From: Alphaproteobacteria bacterium
GTDB taxonomy: Bacteria; Pseudomonadota; Alphaproteobacteria; UBA828
Assembly (NCBI GenBank): GCA_965220745.1
Contig: CBDCQT010000011.1
Coordinates: forward strand, 334,985 to 398,984
Direction of reading: 5' to 3'
Length of the DNA stretch: 64,000 nucleotides
Shown one piece after another: positions 17,844 to 26,829 of the stretch. The notes below the pieces were generated by a model. The model was given only the letters and a program-made list of their open reading frames with translations, was not told the DNA's origin and did not search any database. Position 1 is the stretch's first letter. The number at the start of each line of letters is the position of its first letter. The translations under genes and the position numbers were made by a program.

Positions 17844-18827
17844 CTAACCGGCAGGGCCGGGGTGCAGCGGTGAGTCCTTCACCCGCCAGAGAAAGCGCCG
17901 CACGATATCGCCGTAGCCAGTGAACAGGAAGGCGCCATTGTCGGCGAGCACGCGCTCCCGCTCCGCCCTGTACACATGGGGCAGGTCGTACCAGGCGATG
18001 CCGGGCCGCTCGTGATGGAGCGCATGGAAATTGTTGCCGAGGAAGAGCAGCCTCATCAGCGGGCCGGCCTCCACGATGGCCGTGCGCTGGGCTTGGTCCG
18101 GCGCGGGCCGATGCTCGGTGTAGGAGCGCAGCAGGATCAACGCGGTGCCCGGATAGACGTAGAGAATCACGTAGGCCCAAAGCGGTATGCCGCAAACGAC
18201 CAGCACCCAGGTCAGCACCAGCGCGGTCAGCACCGCGTGCGCGGCCCAGATCTGAACGCATCCCGGCTCGCCCCGGACGAACCGCGCGCCTTCCTCCCGC
18301 CAGAAAGCCAGAATCGTCATCGCCGGGCCGAGCAACAGCCGGCCCGCCAAAGTGTTGTGGACCCGGAGCAGAAGCCGCCCGCCCGGCCCGAGGCGCTGCC
18401 AGCGCGCTGGCTCCAGGTAGAAGCTCTCGGTATCCGCCAGCGGGTCGGTGAGGTGCGGCGTGGCGTGATGCGAGAGGTGGCGGCTGCGGTAGAGGGGAAA
18501 GGGCAGCCAGAGCGCGAGCGGCGCCACGGCGAGTGCGGTGTTGACCCAAGGCCGGCGTGTGGGATGGCCGTGGATGATCTCGTGCTGCAGACCGCCGTGC
18601 CAGCCGACCAGCCAGCCGCCCAGTGGCAGGACCAGCCACCAGGGCAGCACATGGTGGTACCAGGTGAGCGCCAGCCAGCCGCCGTAAACCGCCGCCGCCA
18701 CGAGCCAGGTCGGCCCCTCGATGCGGCGCCAGAGGACAGGGAGGTCCGCTTGAGCGAGGGGATTGTCGAGGTTTCGTACCACGGTGACCCGGCTGTGGCG
18801 GCGACTTCGGTCCACTCTGTGACCCAT
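17844..18827 (-). CDS. fatty acid desaturase family membrane protein
   Basis: Three His boxes: HEIIHGH, HLSHHATPH, HALHHERP. ATG at 18827 or TTG at 18842. Confidence 0.8.
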   Translation of the reverse strand: MGHRVDRSRRHSRVTVVRNLDNPLAQADLPVLWRRIEGPTWLVAAAVYGGWLALTWYHHVLPWWLVLPLGGWLVGWHGGLQHEIIHGHPTRRPWVNTALAVAPLALWLPFPLYRSRHLSHHATPHLTDPLADTESFYLEPARWQRLGPGGRLLLRVHNTLAGRLLLGPAMTILAFWREEGARFVRGEPGCVQIWAAHAVLTALVLTWVLVVCGIPLWAYVILYVYPGTALILLRSYTEHRPAPDQAQRTAIVEAGPLMRLLFLGNNFHALHHERPGIAWYDLPHVYRAERERVLADNGAFLFTGYGDIVRRFLWRVKDSPLHPGPAG

Positions 18828-18944
18828 CTTGCGGTGAAACAACGTGGGAATTCGCTCGCTTCGTCATACCGTGCGTCAATTCTCGGAGGTTTGTGATATT
18901 TTGCGCCTATTGATGATTTTTTACTGAACTTGGGGAATTAGCGC

Positions 18945-19793
18945 ATGGATAGGCGTGACACGGCGCAACGGTTCCGCGGGCGGCTGCTCGAGGCCATGGA
19001 GAAGGGGCAGGTCAACCGATCTACGCTCGCCGCGCGGATCGGCATCGACCGCTCGACTCTCTCGCAGCTTCTATCGGCCGAGGCCGACCGCCTGCCGCGC
19101 GCCGACACCGCCGCAGCGATCGCGTCCGCCCTCAACGTGAGCCTCGACTGGCTGCTCGGGCTCAGTCAGCACACCAAGCTCGTCGCCGATATTCTGCAGG
19201 AATCGGTCGAGGTGAAGCCGAGTGCGGACGAGCCGGCGGATGAAAGTCTCGCCGCCTGGTACGCCGAAGCCGCCGGCTACAAGATCCGACACGTGCCGAC
19301 CAGGCTCCCGGACCTGCTGAAGACCGAGGCGGTGCTGGACTACGAGTACCGCGATTTTGCCGCGAGGTCGGCCGACCGGGCGATCGCCATATCCCACGGC
19401 CGCCTCGCCTACGTGCGGCTACCGGAGACGGACATCGAGATCTGCATGTCGCGTCAGTCCATGGAATCCTTCACCCGTGCCGAGGGAATTTGGCGCGACC
19501 TTTCGTTATCGGCCAGGCACGAGCAGCTCGATCACATGATCGGATTGATCGACGAGCTCTACCCCACGCTGCGTGTGTTCTTCTTCGACGGCCTGACCCA
19601 CTTCTCCGTGCCCTACACGGTGTTCGGGCCGCAGCGGACGGTGGTCTACGTCGGCCAGATGTTCTTCGCCTTCAACACGATCGAGCATATCCGCGTGCTC
19701 ACGCGCCACTTCGACGCCCTGGTGCGGGCCTCGACCGTGCCGGCCCACGTGGCCGGCGATTTCCTGCGCGAGCTGCGGCGGGAGCTTAGTTAG
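18945..19793 (+). CDS. XRE-family transcriptional regulator with a large C-terminal domain
   Basis: HTH segment VNRSTLAARIGIDRSTLSQLLS. Divergent from the desaturase-BHMT operon. Confidence 0.75.
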   Translation: MDRRDTAQRFRGRLLEAMEKGQVNRSTLAARIGIDRSTLSQLLSAEADRLPRADTAAAIASALNVSLDWLLGLSQHTKLVADILQESVEVKPSADEPADESLAAWYAEAAGYKIRHVPTRLPDLLKTEAVLDYEYRDFAARSADRAIAISHGRLAYVRLPETDIEICMSRQSMESFTRAEGIWRDLSLSARHEQLDHMIGLIDELYPTLRVFFFDGLTHFSVPYTVFGPQRTVVYVGQMFFAFNTIEHIRVLTRHFDALVRASTVPAHVAGDFLRELRRELS

Positions 19794-19961
19794 AGCGAGT
19801 CCGTCTTAGACGGACTCGCGACAGGCCGCGACTGCGGCCCGCCGCCCCTGCGGCGCCATCGCGCGCCCGCGCGCGTGGACGCGCGACGCGGAGGCGCCGG
19901 CCGTCGCGCCCATAGGCGCGCGGACTCGCGCGACGGCCGGCTGCCGTGAGCGACAAAGCGC
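19794..19961 (+). repeat. stacked-hairpin intergenic repeat, copy B (expanded variant)
   Basis: Same conserved blocks as copy A, but with an extra nested GC hairpin inserted and without the terminal GCGTTTCCGTG module. Fills the convergent gap exactly. Confidence 0.8.
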
Positions 19962-21278
19962 CTAACGCTCGCGGCGCCAGCGGATTTCGTCGAGGGCGAG
20001 GCGGGCGCGGACGCCCAGGTAAGTGATGGGTGCGGGCGGCAGCGGGTCCGGCTTTCCCTGCGCCTCCAGATCGGCGATGAGCGCATTGTCCTGGCTGGTG
20101 GCCATGTCCGCCGCAAGCACGCCCGAGATGGTGCCCTTGGTGACGCCGACCCCGTTCTGGCACACCGCCGCGAAGGTGTGGGGCCCCACCTTGCCGAAGC
20201 CCGGCGCGTGGTTGCGCGAGAGGCAGACGTAGCCGCGCCAGGTGTGTTCGATCTTGACCTCCGGCAGCATGGGGAAGCGTGCCTCGAAGGCCTGCTGGTG
20301 GTCGCGGCGAATCGTCACTGTCTCGGCGTCCGACCGCCTCAGCCTCGGCGCGTAATAGAATCGCTGGCGGATCAGGATGCGCCGCTCGGTGGTGTAGCGC
20401 ATGGTGACGCTGATGTGGGAGTTGGCCGGGGTGAGTCCCCAGTCATCCACGCCGCCGAGCGCCTGGTGTTCGGCCTCGGTCAGCGGCCGGGTCAGGCTGC
20501 CGTGGGCGGCGAAGGTCAGCAGCTTGCCTTTGAAGGCGTCGAACTGCGGCGCATAGCCGTTGACCGCGAGCACCATGGCCTGGGCGTCGACCATGCCGCC
20601 GGGGGTGGTCGCGCGAATGCCGTTCCGTTCCTCGATCTCCATCACCGGCGTGTGCTCGTGCAGCGTCACGTTTCCCGGCAGCGTGTCGGCGAGGCCCTTG
20701 GTGAGCCCCGCCGGGTTCATGAGCCGCCCGCCCGGCGTGTAGAGGGCCGACGTGTGATAAGAGGTGCCGAGCTCCCGCTTGAGGTCGGCGGCCTCGACCC
20801 AGCGATAGGGCTCGCCCAGCGAATCAAGCACGCGCGCGAAGGGCTCCAGGATTTTCTCGCGCCCGAGGTCGGTGCGGGCGGCGTGATACTTGCCGCGATG
20901 GGTGTAGGCGCACTCGATCCCGTTCTGGTTGACGCAGGTGTCTAGATAGTCGATCGCCGCGCGGCTGAGGCGGATGTAGCCGTGTGCGCCGGAAAGCTCC
21001 TCGAACTCGCCGCCGACGTTGTGCGGCAGGTCGATGGCGAAGCCTGAGTTGCGCCCGGAGGCGCCTTCGCCCACCTCGTGCGCGTCCAGCAGGACGACAT
21101 GGTCGTCGGGCCGGTTCTCGGCGAGCCGGCGCGCTGCGGCCAGGCCGGCGAAGCCCGCGCCCACCACCAGCCAGTCGGCCCGCACGTCGCCCTTGAGCGC
21201 GGGCGTGGGCTCTCGCGGGGGCAGGATGCGGCTCCAGCCGTTGGTGGCGTCTTCCTTGGGTAGAATCTTGACCGCCAT
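19962..21278 (-). CDS. FAD-dependent oxidoreductase (DAO family)
   Basis: Dinucleotide-binding motif DWLVVGAGFAGLAAARRLAE near the N-terminus. 438 aa. Confidence 0.85.
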   Translation of the reverse strand: MAVKILPKEDATNGWSRILPPREPTPALKGDVRADWLVVGAGFAGLAAARRLAENRPDDHVVLLDAHEVGEGASGRNSGFAIDLPHNVGGEFEELSGAHGYIRLSRAAIDYLDTCVNQNGIECAYTHRGKYHAARTDLGREKILEPFARVLDSLGEPYRWVEAADLKRELGTSYHTSALYTPGGRLMNPAGLTKGLADTLPGNVTLHEHTPVMEIEERNGIRATTPGGMVDAQAMVLAVNGYAPQFDAFKGKLLTFAAHGSLTRPLTEAEHQALGGVDDWGLTPANSHISVTMRYTTERRILIRQRFYYAPRLRRSDAETVTIRRDHQQAFEARFPMLPEVKIEHTWRGYVCLSRNHAPGFGKVGPHTFAAVCQNGVGVTKGTISGVLAADMATSQDNALIADLEAQGKPDPLPPAPITYLGVRARLALDEIRWRRER

Positions 21279-21337
21279 GAGCTGGCCTCCGCGCGCGTGA
21301 TCGTGCCCGCCCGCTTATCCCACTACGCGGGCAATTT

Positions 21338-22177
21338 CTAGTTCGCGTTGGGGATGAAGAGCCGCTCGCCGTCAATGGCGAAGCCGTCGATCGCCGCCTG
21401 GCCGCCGGGCGAGAGCAGCCATTCGGCGAAGACTCGCGCGAGCGCCGCCTTCACGTGCGGATGCCGCTCCGGGCTCACCAGGGTGACTCCGTACTGGTTG
21501 TGGAGCCCGGCATCGCCCTCGACCATGACCCGGAGGTCGAGCCTGCCGCGCATGGAAAGCCAGGTGCCGCGATCGGCGAGCGTGTAGGCCTCCATCATCG
21601 TCGCCGTGTTGAGCGTCGCCCCCATGCCTTGGCCTGCTTCGCGGTACCAGGTGCCCGACGCAACCGTGGGGTCCACGCCCGCCGCCGCCCAGAGCGCGCG
21701 CTCGCGCCGGTGGGTGCCGCTGTCGTCACCGCGCGAGACGAAGGGCGCCTTCGCCGCCGCGATGCCGGCAAGCGCTGCCGCCGCGTCGCCCATACCGGCG
21801 ATTCCGGCCGGGTCGGCGGCGGGGCCCACGAGCACGAAGTCGTTGTACATCAGGTCGAAGCGTTCGCTGCCGTAGCCCTCGGCAACGAACGCCTCCTCCG
21901 ACGGCGTGTCGTGCACCAGCAACAGGTCCGCATCGCCGTTCCGCGCGAGCCGAAGCGCCTGGCCGGTGCCGACCGCGACGACACGCACTTCGATCCCGGT
22001 CTCGGCCTCGAACAGCGACAGCAGATGGTCGAAGAGCCCGGCGTTCTGCGTCGACGTGGTCGAGGCGACGGTGATGAAGTCGCCGGCCCGTGCTCCCGGC
22101 ATCGCGAGCAGGAGCGCGCCGGCCAATGCCGCGAGCAGCCGGAAGACGCGGCCTCGGGAGCGGCCGGGCAGTCGCAT
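21338..22177 (-). CDS. tupA: tungstate ABC transporter substrate-binding protein (TupA-like)
   Basis: Signal peptide MRLPGRSRGRVFRLLAALAGALLLAMPGARA. TupA-type anion-binding motifs VASTTSTQNAGL and FVSRGDDSGTH. Confidence 0.75.
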   Translation of the reverse strand: MRLPGRSRGRVFRLLAALAGALLLAMPGARAGDFITVASTTSTQNAGLFDHLLSLFEAETGIEVRVVAVGTGQALRLARNGDADLLLVHDTPSEEAFVAEGYGSERFDLMYNDFVLVGPAADPAGIAGMGDAAAALAGIAAAKAPFVSRGDDSGTHRRERALWAAAGVDPTVASGTWYREAGQGMGATLNTATMMEAYTLADRGTWLSMRGRLDLRVMVEGDAGLHNQYGVTLVSPERHPHVKAALARVFAEWLLSPGGQAAIDGFAIDGERLFIPNAN

Positions 22178-22194
22178 GGGCCGGGTTCTCTGGG

Positions 22195-22950
22195 TCAGGT
22201 TCTGGGCGGGGTGAGCTCGCGGCGCTCCCACCACAGCAGCTCGCCGCGCAGGAAGGCGCTGGCGAGCTCGTTCTCAGGCCCCGCGAAGAATGTGTCGGCT
22301 GCGGCATGCTCCAGCAGGCGGCCGCGGTGCAGGAACATCACCTCGTCCGCAAGCCGGCGCGCCTGGCCGAGATCGTGCGTGGTCATGATGATCTTGGTGC
22401 CCTCCTCGGCCATCGCCTCGATCACGCCCTCTATCACGTGGGTTGCCGCCGGGTCGAGATTGGCAGTCGGCTCGTCGAGGAAGAGCACCTGCGGGTGCAG
22501 CGCCCAGGAGCGCGCGAGCGCGAGGCGCTGCTGCTCACCGAAGGAGAGCACGCGCGCCGGCACCCGTGCAAAGGCGCCGAGCCCGGTGCGCTCCAGCGCG
22601 TCCGCGATGAGTTGCCGGCGCTCGGGCCGGGGGATGCGTCGCAGGCTGAGCGCGAAGTCGATGTTGGCGGCGACCGAGCGGCGCAGCATTACCGGCCGCT
22701 GCATCACCATCGCCTGGAAGCGCAGCGGATCTCGGCCGGCGGCGCCGTGCCACAACACCTCGCCCTCGCTCGGCGCGATCAGCCCGTGGCAGAGCCGGAG
22801 CAGGAGGCTCTTTCCGGCACCGTTGGGCCCCATGATAATCGTCTTCGGCCCCTCCGCGACGCGCATCGAGACGGACTTCAGCAGCCGCTGCCGGTCGCGC
22901 TCGAAGCTCACGCCGCGAAGCTCCAGCGGCAGGATGGAGGGCGCCGTCAT
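22195..22950 (-). CDS. tupC: ABC transporter ATP-binding protein (TupC-like)
   Basis: Walker A GPNGAGKS, signature FGEQQR, Walker B LFLDEPT. Overlaps the permease stop by 4 nt. Confidence 0.8.
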   Translation of the reverse strand: MTAPSILPLELRGVSFERDRQRLLKSVSMRVAEGPKTIIMGPNGAGKSLLLRLCHGLIAPSEGEVLWHGAAGRDPLRFQAMVMQRPVMLRRSVAANIDFALSLRRIPRPERRQLIADALERTGLGAFARVPARVLSFGEQQRLALARSWALHPQVLFLDEPTANLDPAATHVIEGVIEAMAEEGTKIIMTTHDLGQARRLADEVMFLHRGRLLEHAAADTFFAGPENELASAFLRGELLWWERRELTPPRT

Positions 22951-23654
22951 CGCGGTCGTCCTTGCGCCAGCGTGCCGCGCAGGAGCGCGGCGGCGGCGCT
23001 CACCGCAATCGAGAGCGCCACCAGGACGATGCCCAAGCCCAGCGCGAGCGCGAGGTCGCCCTTGGAGACCTCAAGCGCGATCGCCGTGGTCATGACGCGG
23101 GTCACGTGATCGATGTTGCCACCCACGATCATCACCGCACCGACCTCGGCGATGGCGCGGCCGAAGCCCGCGAGCACGGCGGTGAGCAGGCTCACGCGCC
23201 CATCCCAGAGCAGCGCCATCAGCGCTCGCCGCGGCGTCGCACCCAGCGAGCGGAGCTGCTCCTCGTACTCGACCCACAGGTCCTCGATCACCTGGCGGGC
23301 GAGCGCCGCGACGATCGGGGTCACCAGCAGCACCTGGGCAATGACCATCGCGGTCGGCGTGAAGAGAAGCCCGAGCACGCCGAGCGGGCCTGCGCGCGAA
23401 AGCACGAGGTAAACCACGAGGCCCACCACCACCGGCGGCAAGCCCATGAGCGCGTTGAGGATGACGACGATCGCCCCACGGCCGGGGAAGCGGAAGAGCG
23501 CCACCGCCGCGCCCAAGGGCAGGCCGACCGCGCTCGCCACCGCCACGGCACCGACGCTGACCTGGAGCGAGAGCAGCACAATCTCGCCCAGGTCGCTGTC
23601 GAGGTGATAGACGAGGGAGAAGGCCGCCGCGAAGGCCTCGGCGATGTCGGTCAC
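22947..23654 (-). CDS. tupB: ABC transporter permease (TupB-like)
   Basis: 235-aa polytopic membrane protein with an EAA-like loop (RSLGATPRRALMALLWDGR). First gene of the tup-like operon. Confidence 0.8.
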   Translation of the reverse strand: MTDIAEAFAAAFSLVYHLDSDLGEIVLLSLQVSVGAVAVASAVGLPLGAAVALFRFPGRGAIVVILNALMGLPPVVVGLVVYLVLSRAGPLGVLGLLFTPTAMVIAQVLLVTPIVAALARQVIEDLWVEYEEQLRSLGATPRRALMALLWDGRVSLLTAVLAGFGRAIAEVGAVMIVGGNIDHVTRVMTTAIALEVSKGDLALALGLGIVLVALSIAVSAAAALLRGTLAQGRPR

Positions 23655-23803
23655 GCTGGCGCCCTACCGCCCGCTGAGGTGAGTGCCGGCCGCCGCCCGG
23701 CGCCGGTGCCGGCCATGGTCCCAACAGCGCGTGCGGAACGCAACCGCCCGTTGACTTACCGCACTGAGGACGCGCAAGCCGCGAATAGGGCGAGCGAGCC
23801 GGG

Positions 23804-24883
23804 CTATGCGACCTTGGGCAGCACTTCGTTCTTGAGCAACGCCATGGACTGGTGCCAGTCCTCGTAGGGCTCCCAGTCGTGGCCCATGGCGAGCAGGGTT
23901 CCGAAGGGGCCGATCTCGCCCCTGAGGTCGTTCAGCTTCTGCGCCACCTCGTCGACACTGCCCACGATGAAGACATTGTCCACCAGGTACTCGATGGTCA
24001 CGTCGCTGTCCGCCATGTCCTGATCGTTCTTCAGCAACTTGAGCATGCCGACTTTGGGCAGGAGCCGGAAGAAGTAGTCGCGGAAATCGCGGGCGAGGAC
24101 CCCTTCGCACGCGAGCTTGCGGGCCTTGGCGCTGGTTTCCGCCACCACGACCTCGCGGGCGACGCGCCACTCGCTGGCGTCGGGGGCGCGGCCCGCCTCC
24201 TGCGCGCCGTCCTCGATCGCGTCCCAGTGGGTCTTGAGCAGCACCGGGGGCACGAGGTTGATGGACATGGGCATCCAGCCCTTCACCGCGGCCATCTTGA
24301 GCGTGGATGAGCGCGGGGAGACGCCGGCGACGCCAATCGGCGGATGCGGCTTCTGGTAGGGGCGAACATGCGCACGCAGCCCGTAATCGGTAACGGTCTC
24401 GGGGATGAGGAAGCGAAAGCCGTCGCTCTCGTAGACGCCGGGCTCAGGATCGGTCCAGAGCTTCAGGATCGTGTCGAGCGCGGCACGCGTGTAGCTCTGG
24501 TTGTTGATGGCGGGGTTTTCGCCCCAATAGCCGAAGACCTGCATGTCGCCGGGGAAGCTGCCGGTGCCGACGCCCCAGTTGAAGCGGCCCTCCGCCATGT
24601 GGTCGAGCTGCGCGATGCGGTGGGCGAGCACGAAGGGATCGTGGTTCGGGATGCAGCTGACGCCTGTGCCCAGCCTGATCTGCTTCGTCAGCGGGATCGC
24701 CTGCGCGATGAGCAGGTCCGGCGCCGGGATGTTCTCCCACTCCGACGTGAAGTGCTCCCCGATCCAGACCTCGGCATAACCCAGCTCGTCGAGCTTGACG
24801 ATCTGGTCCAGGTCCGCCTTGAGCGTCTCGGTGAAGTTCGCGCCTGGCGGGTGCAGCGGCATGGTAAAGAGACCGAGTTGCAT
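23804..24883 (-). CDS. LLM-class flavin-dependent monooxygenase
   Basis: MQLGLFTMPLHPPG...GYAEVWIGEHFTSEWE...GRFNWGVGTGSFPGD. ATG at 24883 with a GGAGAAAG RBS. Confidence 0.85.
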   Translation of the reverse strand: MQLGLFTMPLHPPGANFTETLKADLDQIVKLDELGYAEVWIGEHFTSEWENIPAPDLLIAQAIPLTKQIRLGTGVSCIPNHDPFVLAHRIAQLDHMAEGRFNWGVGTGSFPGDMQVFGYWGENPAINNQSYTRAALDTILKLWTDPEPGVYESDGFRFLIPETVTDYGLRAHVRPYQKPHPPIGVAGVSPRSSTLKMAAVKGWMPMSINLVPPVLLKTHWDAIEDGAQEAGRAPDASEWRVAREVVVAETSAKARKLACEGVLARDFRDYFFRLLPKVGMLKLLKNDQDMADSDVTIEYLVDNVFIVGSVDEVAQKLNDLRGEIGPFGTLLAMGHDWEPYEDWHQSMALLKNEVLPKVA

Positions 24884-24961
24884 CGAACTTTCTCCGGCAG
24901 TGGGATCAACGGTCGTAGCCAGCATAGCGAGACGCTTTGCCGGTCGCCAATCCGCGCGCTG

Positions 24962-25915
24962 TCAGCTCGGCGGCGGGGCGCCGGCCTTGGCGGCGATGGT
25001 CTCCCGCGCCACCCTGGCCTCGCGGTAGGCGAGGTAGAGCGTGCTCACGAAGATGACGATGCCGCCGATCCAGACGTAAAGCACCGGCACCTCGTTGAAG
25101 AGCAGATAGCCGTAGAGCGACGCCCAGATCAGGCGGAGGAAATCGACCGGAAGCACGACCGTGGCATCGGCCTCGCGGAAGGCCTGGGCGAGGCAGAGAT
25201 GGGCGAGCGTCCCAAAACTCCCCATCAGCGCGAACCAGCCGAGGTCTTCGAGCGAGGGCCATTGCCAGACGAAGGCCGCCGCGATCGACGAGAGCGGCGT
25301 GAGGAAGACCGCCATGTAGGCGGTCATCGTCAGGCTCGATTCAGTGCGGGACAGCAGCTTGATGATGATCATCGCGCCGGCCCAGACGGCAGACGAGCCC
25401 AGCACCAGCAGCGAGCCGGGGTCGAGCGCCACCATCCCCGGACGAACAATGATCAGCGCCCCGGCGAAGCCCGCGATGAGTGCGACGATGCGACGGACGC
25501 GCACCACCTCGCCCAGCAGCAGTACCGCGCCCACGGTGACGAAGAGCGGCGCGGTGAAGCTCAGTGCGGCGACGGTGCCGAGCGGCGTGATCGGGACTGC
25601 ATAGAAGAACATCATCATAGCCGAGACGTGGATCGCGCCGCGTGCGGCATGGAGCGGCAGCTTGCTCGTGCGCAACGCGCCGAAGCCGTGGCGCAGCAGG
25701 AACGGTGAAATGAACAGCAGGCCGAAGAGATTGCGGAAGAACGCGATTTCGAAGGCATGCTGCTCGCTCGATGCGATGCGGATCACCGCGTGCATCGACG
25801 CGAAGCCGATGGTAGCTCCCAGCAGCAGCAACATGCCGCGCGCCGGCGGCGGCAGGGTGTAGTAGGCGGCGAGCAGCTGCGCGAGCGGCCCGGCTCGCGG
25901 AGGCTCAGCCCGCAT
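24962..25915 (-). CDS. DMT (EamA-like) family transporter
   Basis: 317 aa, about 10 hydrophobic helices in two EamA-like halves. Confidence 0.8.
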   Translation of the reverse strand: MRAEPPRAGPLAQLLAAYYTLPPPARGMLLLLGATIGFASMHAVIRIASSEQHAFEIAFFRNLFGLLFISPFLLRHGFGALRTSKLPLHAARGAIHVSAMMMFFYAVPITPLGTVAALSFTAPLFVTVGAVLLLGEVVRVRRIVALIAGFAGALIIVRPGMVALDPGSLLVLGSSAVWAGAMIIIKLLSRTESSLTMTAYMAVFLTPLSSIAAAFVWQWPSLEDLGWFALMGSFGTLAHLCLAQAFREADATVVLPVDFLRLIWASLYGYLLFNEVPVLYVWIGGIVIFVSTLYLAYREARVARETIAAKAGAPPPS

Positions 25916-26349
25916 GGCTCGCCACGATCATGGTCTGCGTCGCGTGGGACGCGCGCGGGGCGCATAATGCACGACCCGGCCGACCGGCCGGAAAGCCGAC
26001 GCCACTCCCGACCCACCTGACTCTCCGGACCATGGTGCGGGGCACAGGACGCCGCGTTCGCGCCAGGATCGGCCCATGTTGTGCACGAACGAAGGCGTCG
26101 CGGCTGGCGGGATGAGTGGGCGTTGCTCGCCCTGGGAATCCCCACCTGTCCCGCCTAATCCCGGCGCGTCCCAATTCGAAATTATGATTCTTGTCTCACA
26201 TCTCGCGCGCCGCCCTTCGGGTCGCGCCCAGGCGCCCGCCCGCGTCGTCGCGGGCCTCAACCGTATTCCCCGATACGCTTTTCGGCCCGCTCCTTGCGGA
26301 TCGAACGCCTGGACGCGACGCAGGCCGTGACCCTGGTGAGAAGTGCGGG

Positions 26350-26745
26350 TTAAGGACGCGGCTTCTCCTCGGTCGGGCCGCCCGCCTCTTTCCACGCGCC
26401 GAAGCCGCCGGCGATGTGAGCGACTGGGCTGAGCCCCATGTTCTGCGCCGCCTGCGTGGCCAGCGCCGAGCGCATGCCGCCGGCGCAGAAGAAGACGAAC
26501 TTCTTGCCGCTCGCGAAGAAGGGCTTGTGATAGGGGCTCTCGGGATCGATCCAGAACTCGATCATGCCCCGCGGCACATGGCGCGCGCCGGGGACGGCCC
26601 CCTCGCGCCACAGCTCCCGAATGTCACGGATGTCGACGAGTTCGACGCCCTCGTCGTCCACCAGCGCGATGGCGTCGGCGGCCGAGAGCGTCTCGATTTC
26701 GGCCTCGGCCTCGGCCACCAGCTCCTTGATGCCCTTCGTGATCAT
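26350..26745 (-). CDS. rhodanese-like domain protein
   Basis: ATG at 26745 (MITKGIKELV). Active-site loop FFCAGGMRS. VDIRDIRE motif. Confidence 0.8.
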   Translation of the reverse strand: MITKGIKELVAEAEAEIETLSAADAIALVDDEGVELVDIRDIRELWREGAVPGARHVPRGMIEFWIDPESPYHKPFFASGKKFVFFCAGGMRSALATQAAQNMGLSPVAHIAGGFGAWKEAGGPTEEKPRP

Positions 26746-26829
26746 GGCTCCTCCCTGCGGTGCCCTGGAGCGCCGCGATGATGGCCGATGCCGGCTGCCG
26801 GCACCAGCGCTGCGCACCCTCGGTTTGCG

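Noticed and set aside
23655-23803. Possible Moco riboswitch in the 149-nt leader of the tup-like operon
   Set aside because: Reading the minus strand, I could not find the conserved core elements that I remember from the Moco RNA motif (for example the GCCUCC-type segment). A covariance-model scan is needed, so it is mentioned only as a check.
25916-26349. 434-bp gene-free gap between the DMT transporter and the rhodanese gene, as a possible sRNA or small gene
   Set aside because: The ORFs here have implausible Arg/Pro-rich translations. I recognise no RNA family, promoter-terminator pair or repeat. Left unannotated.
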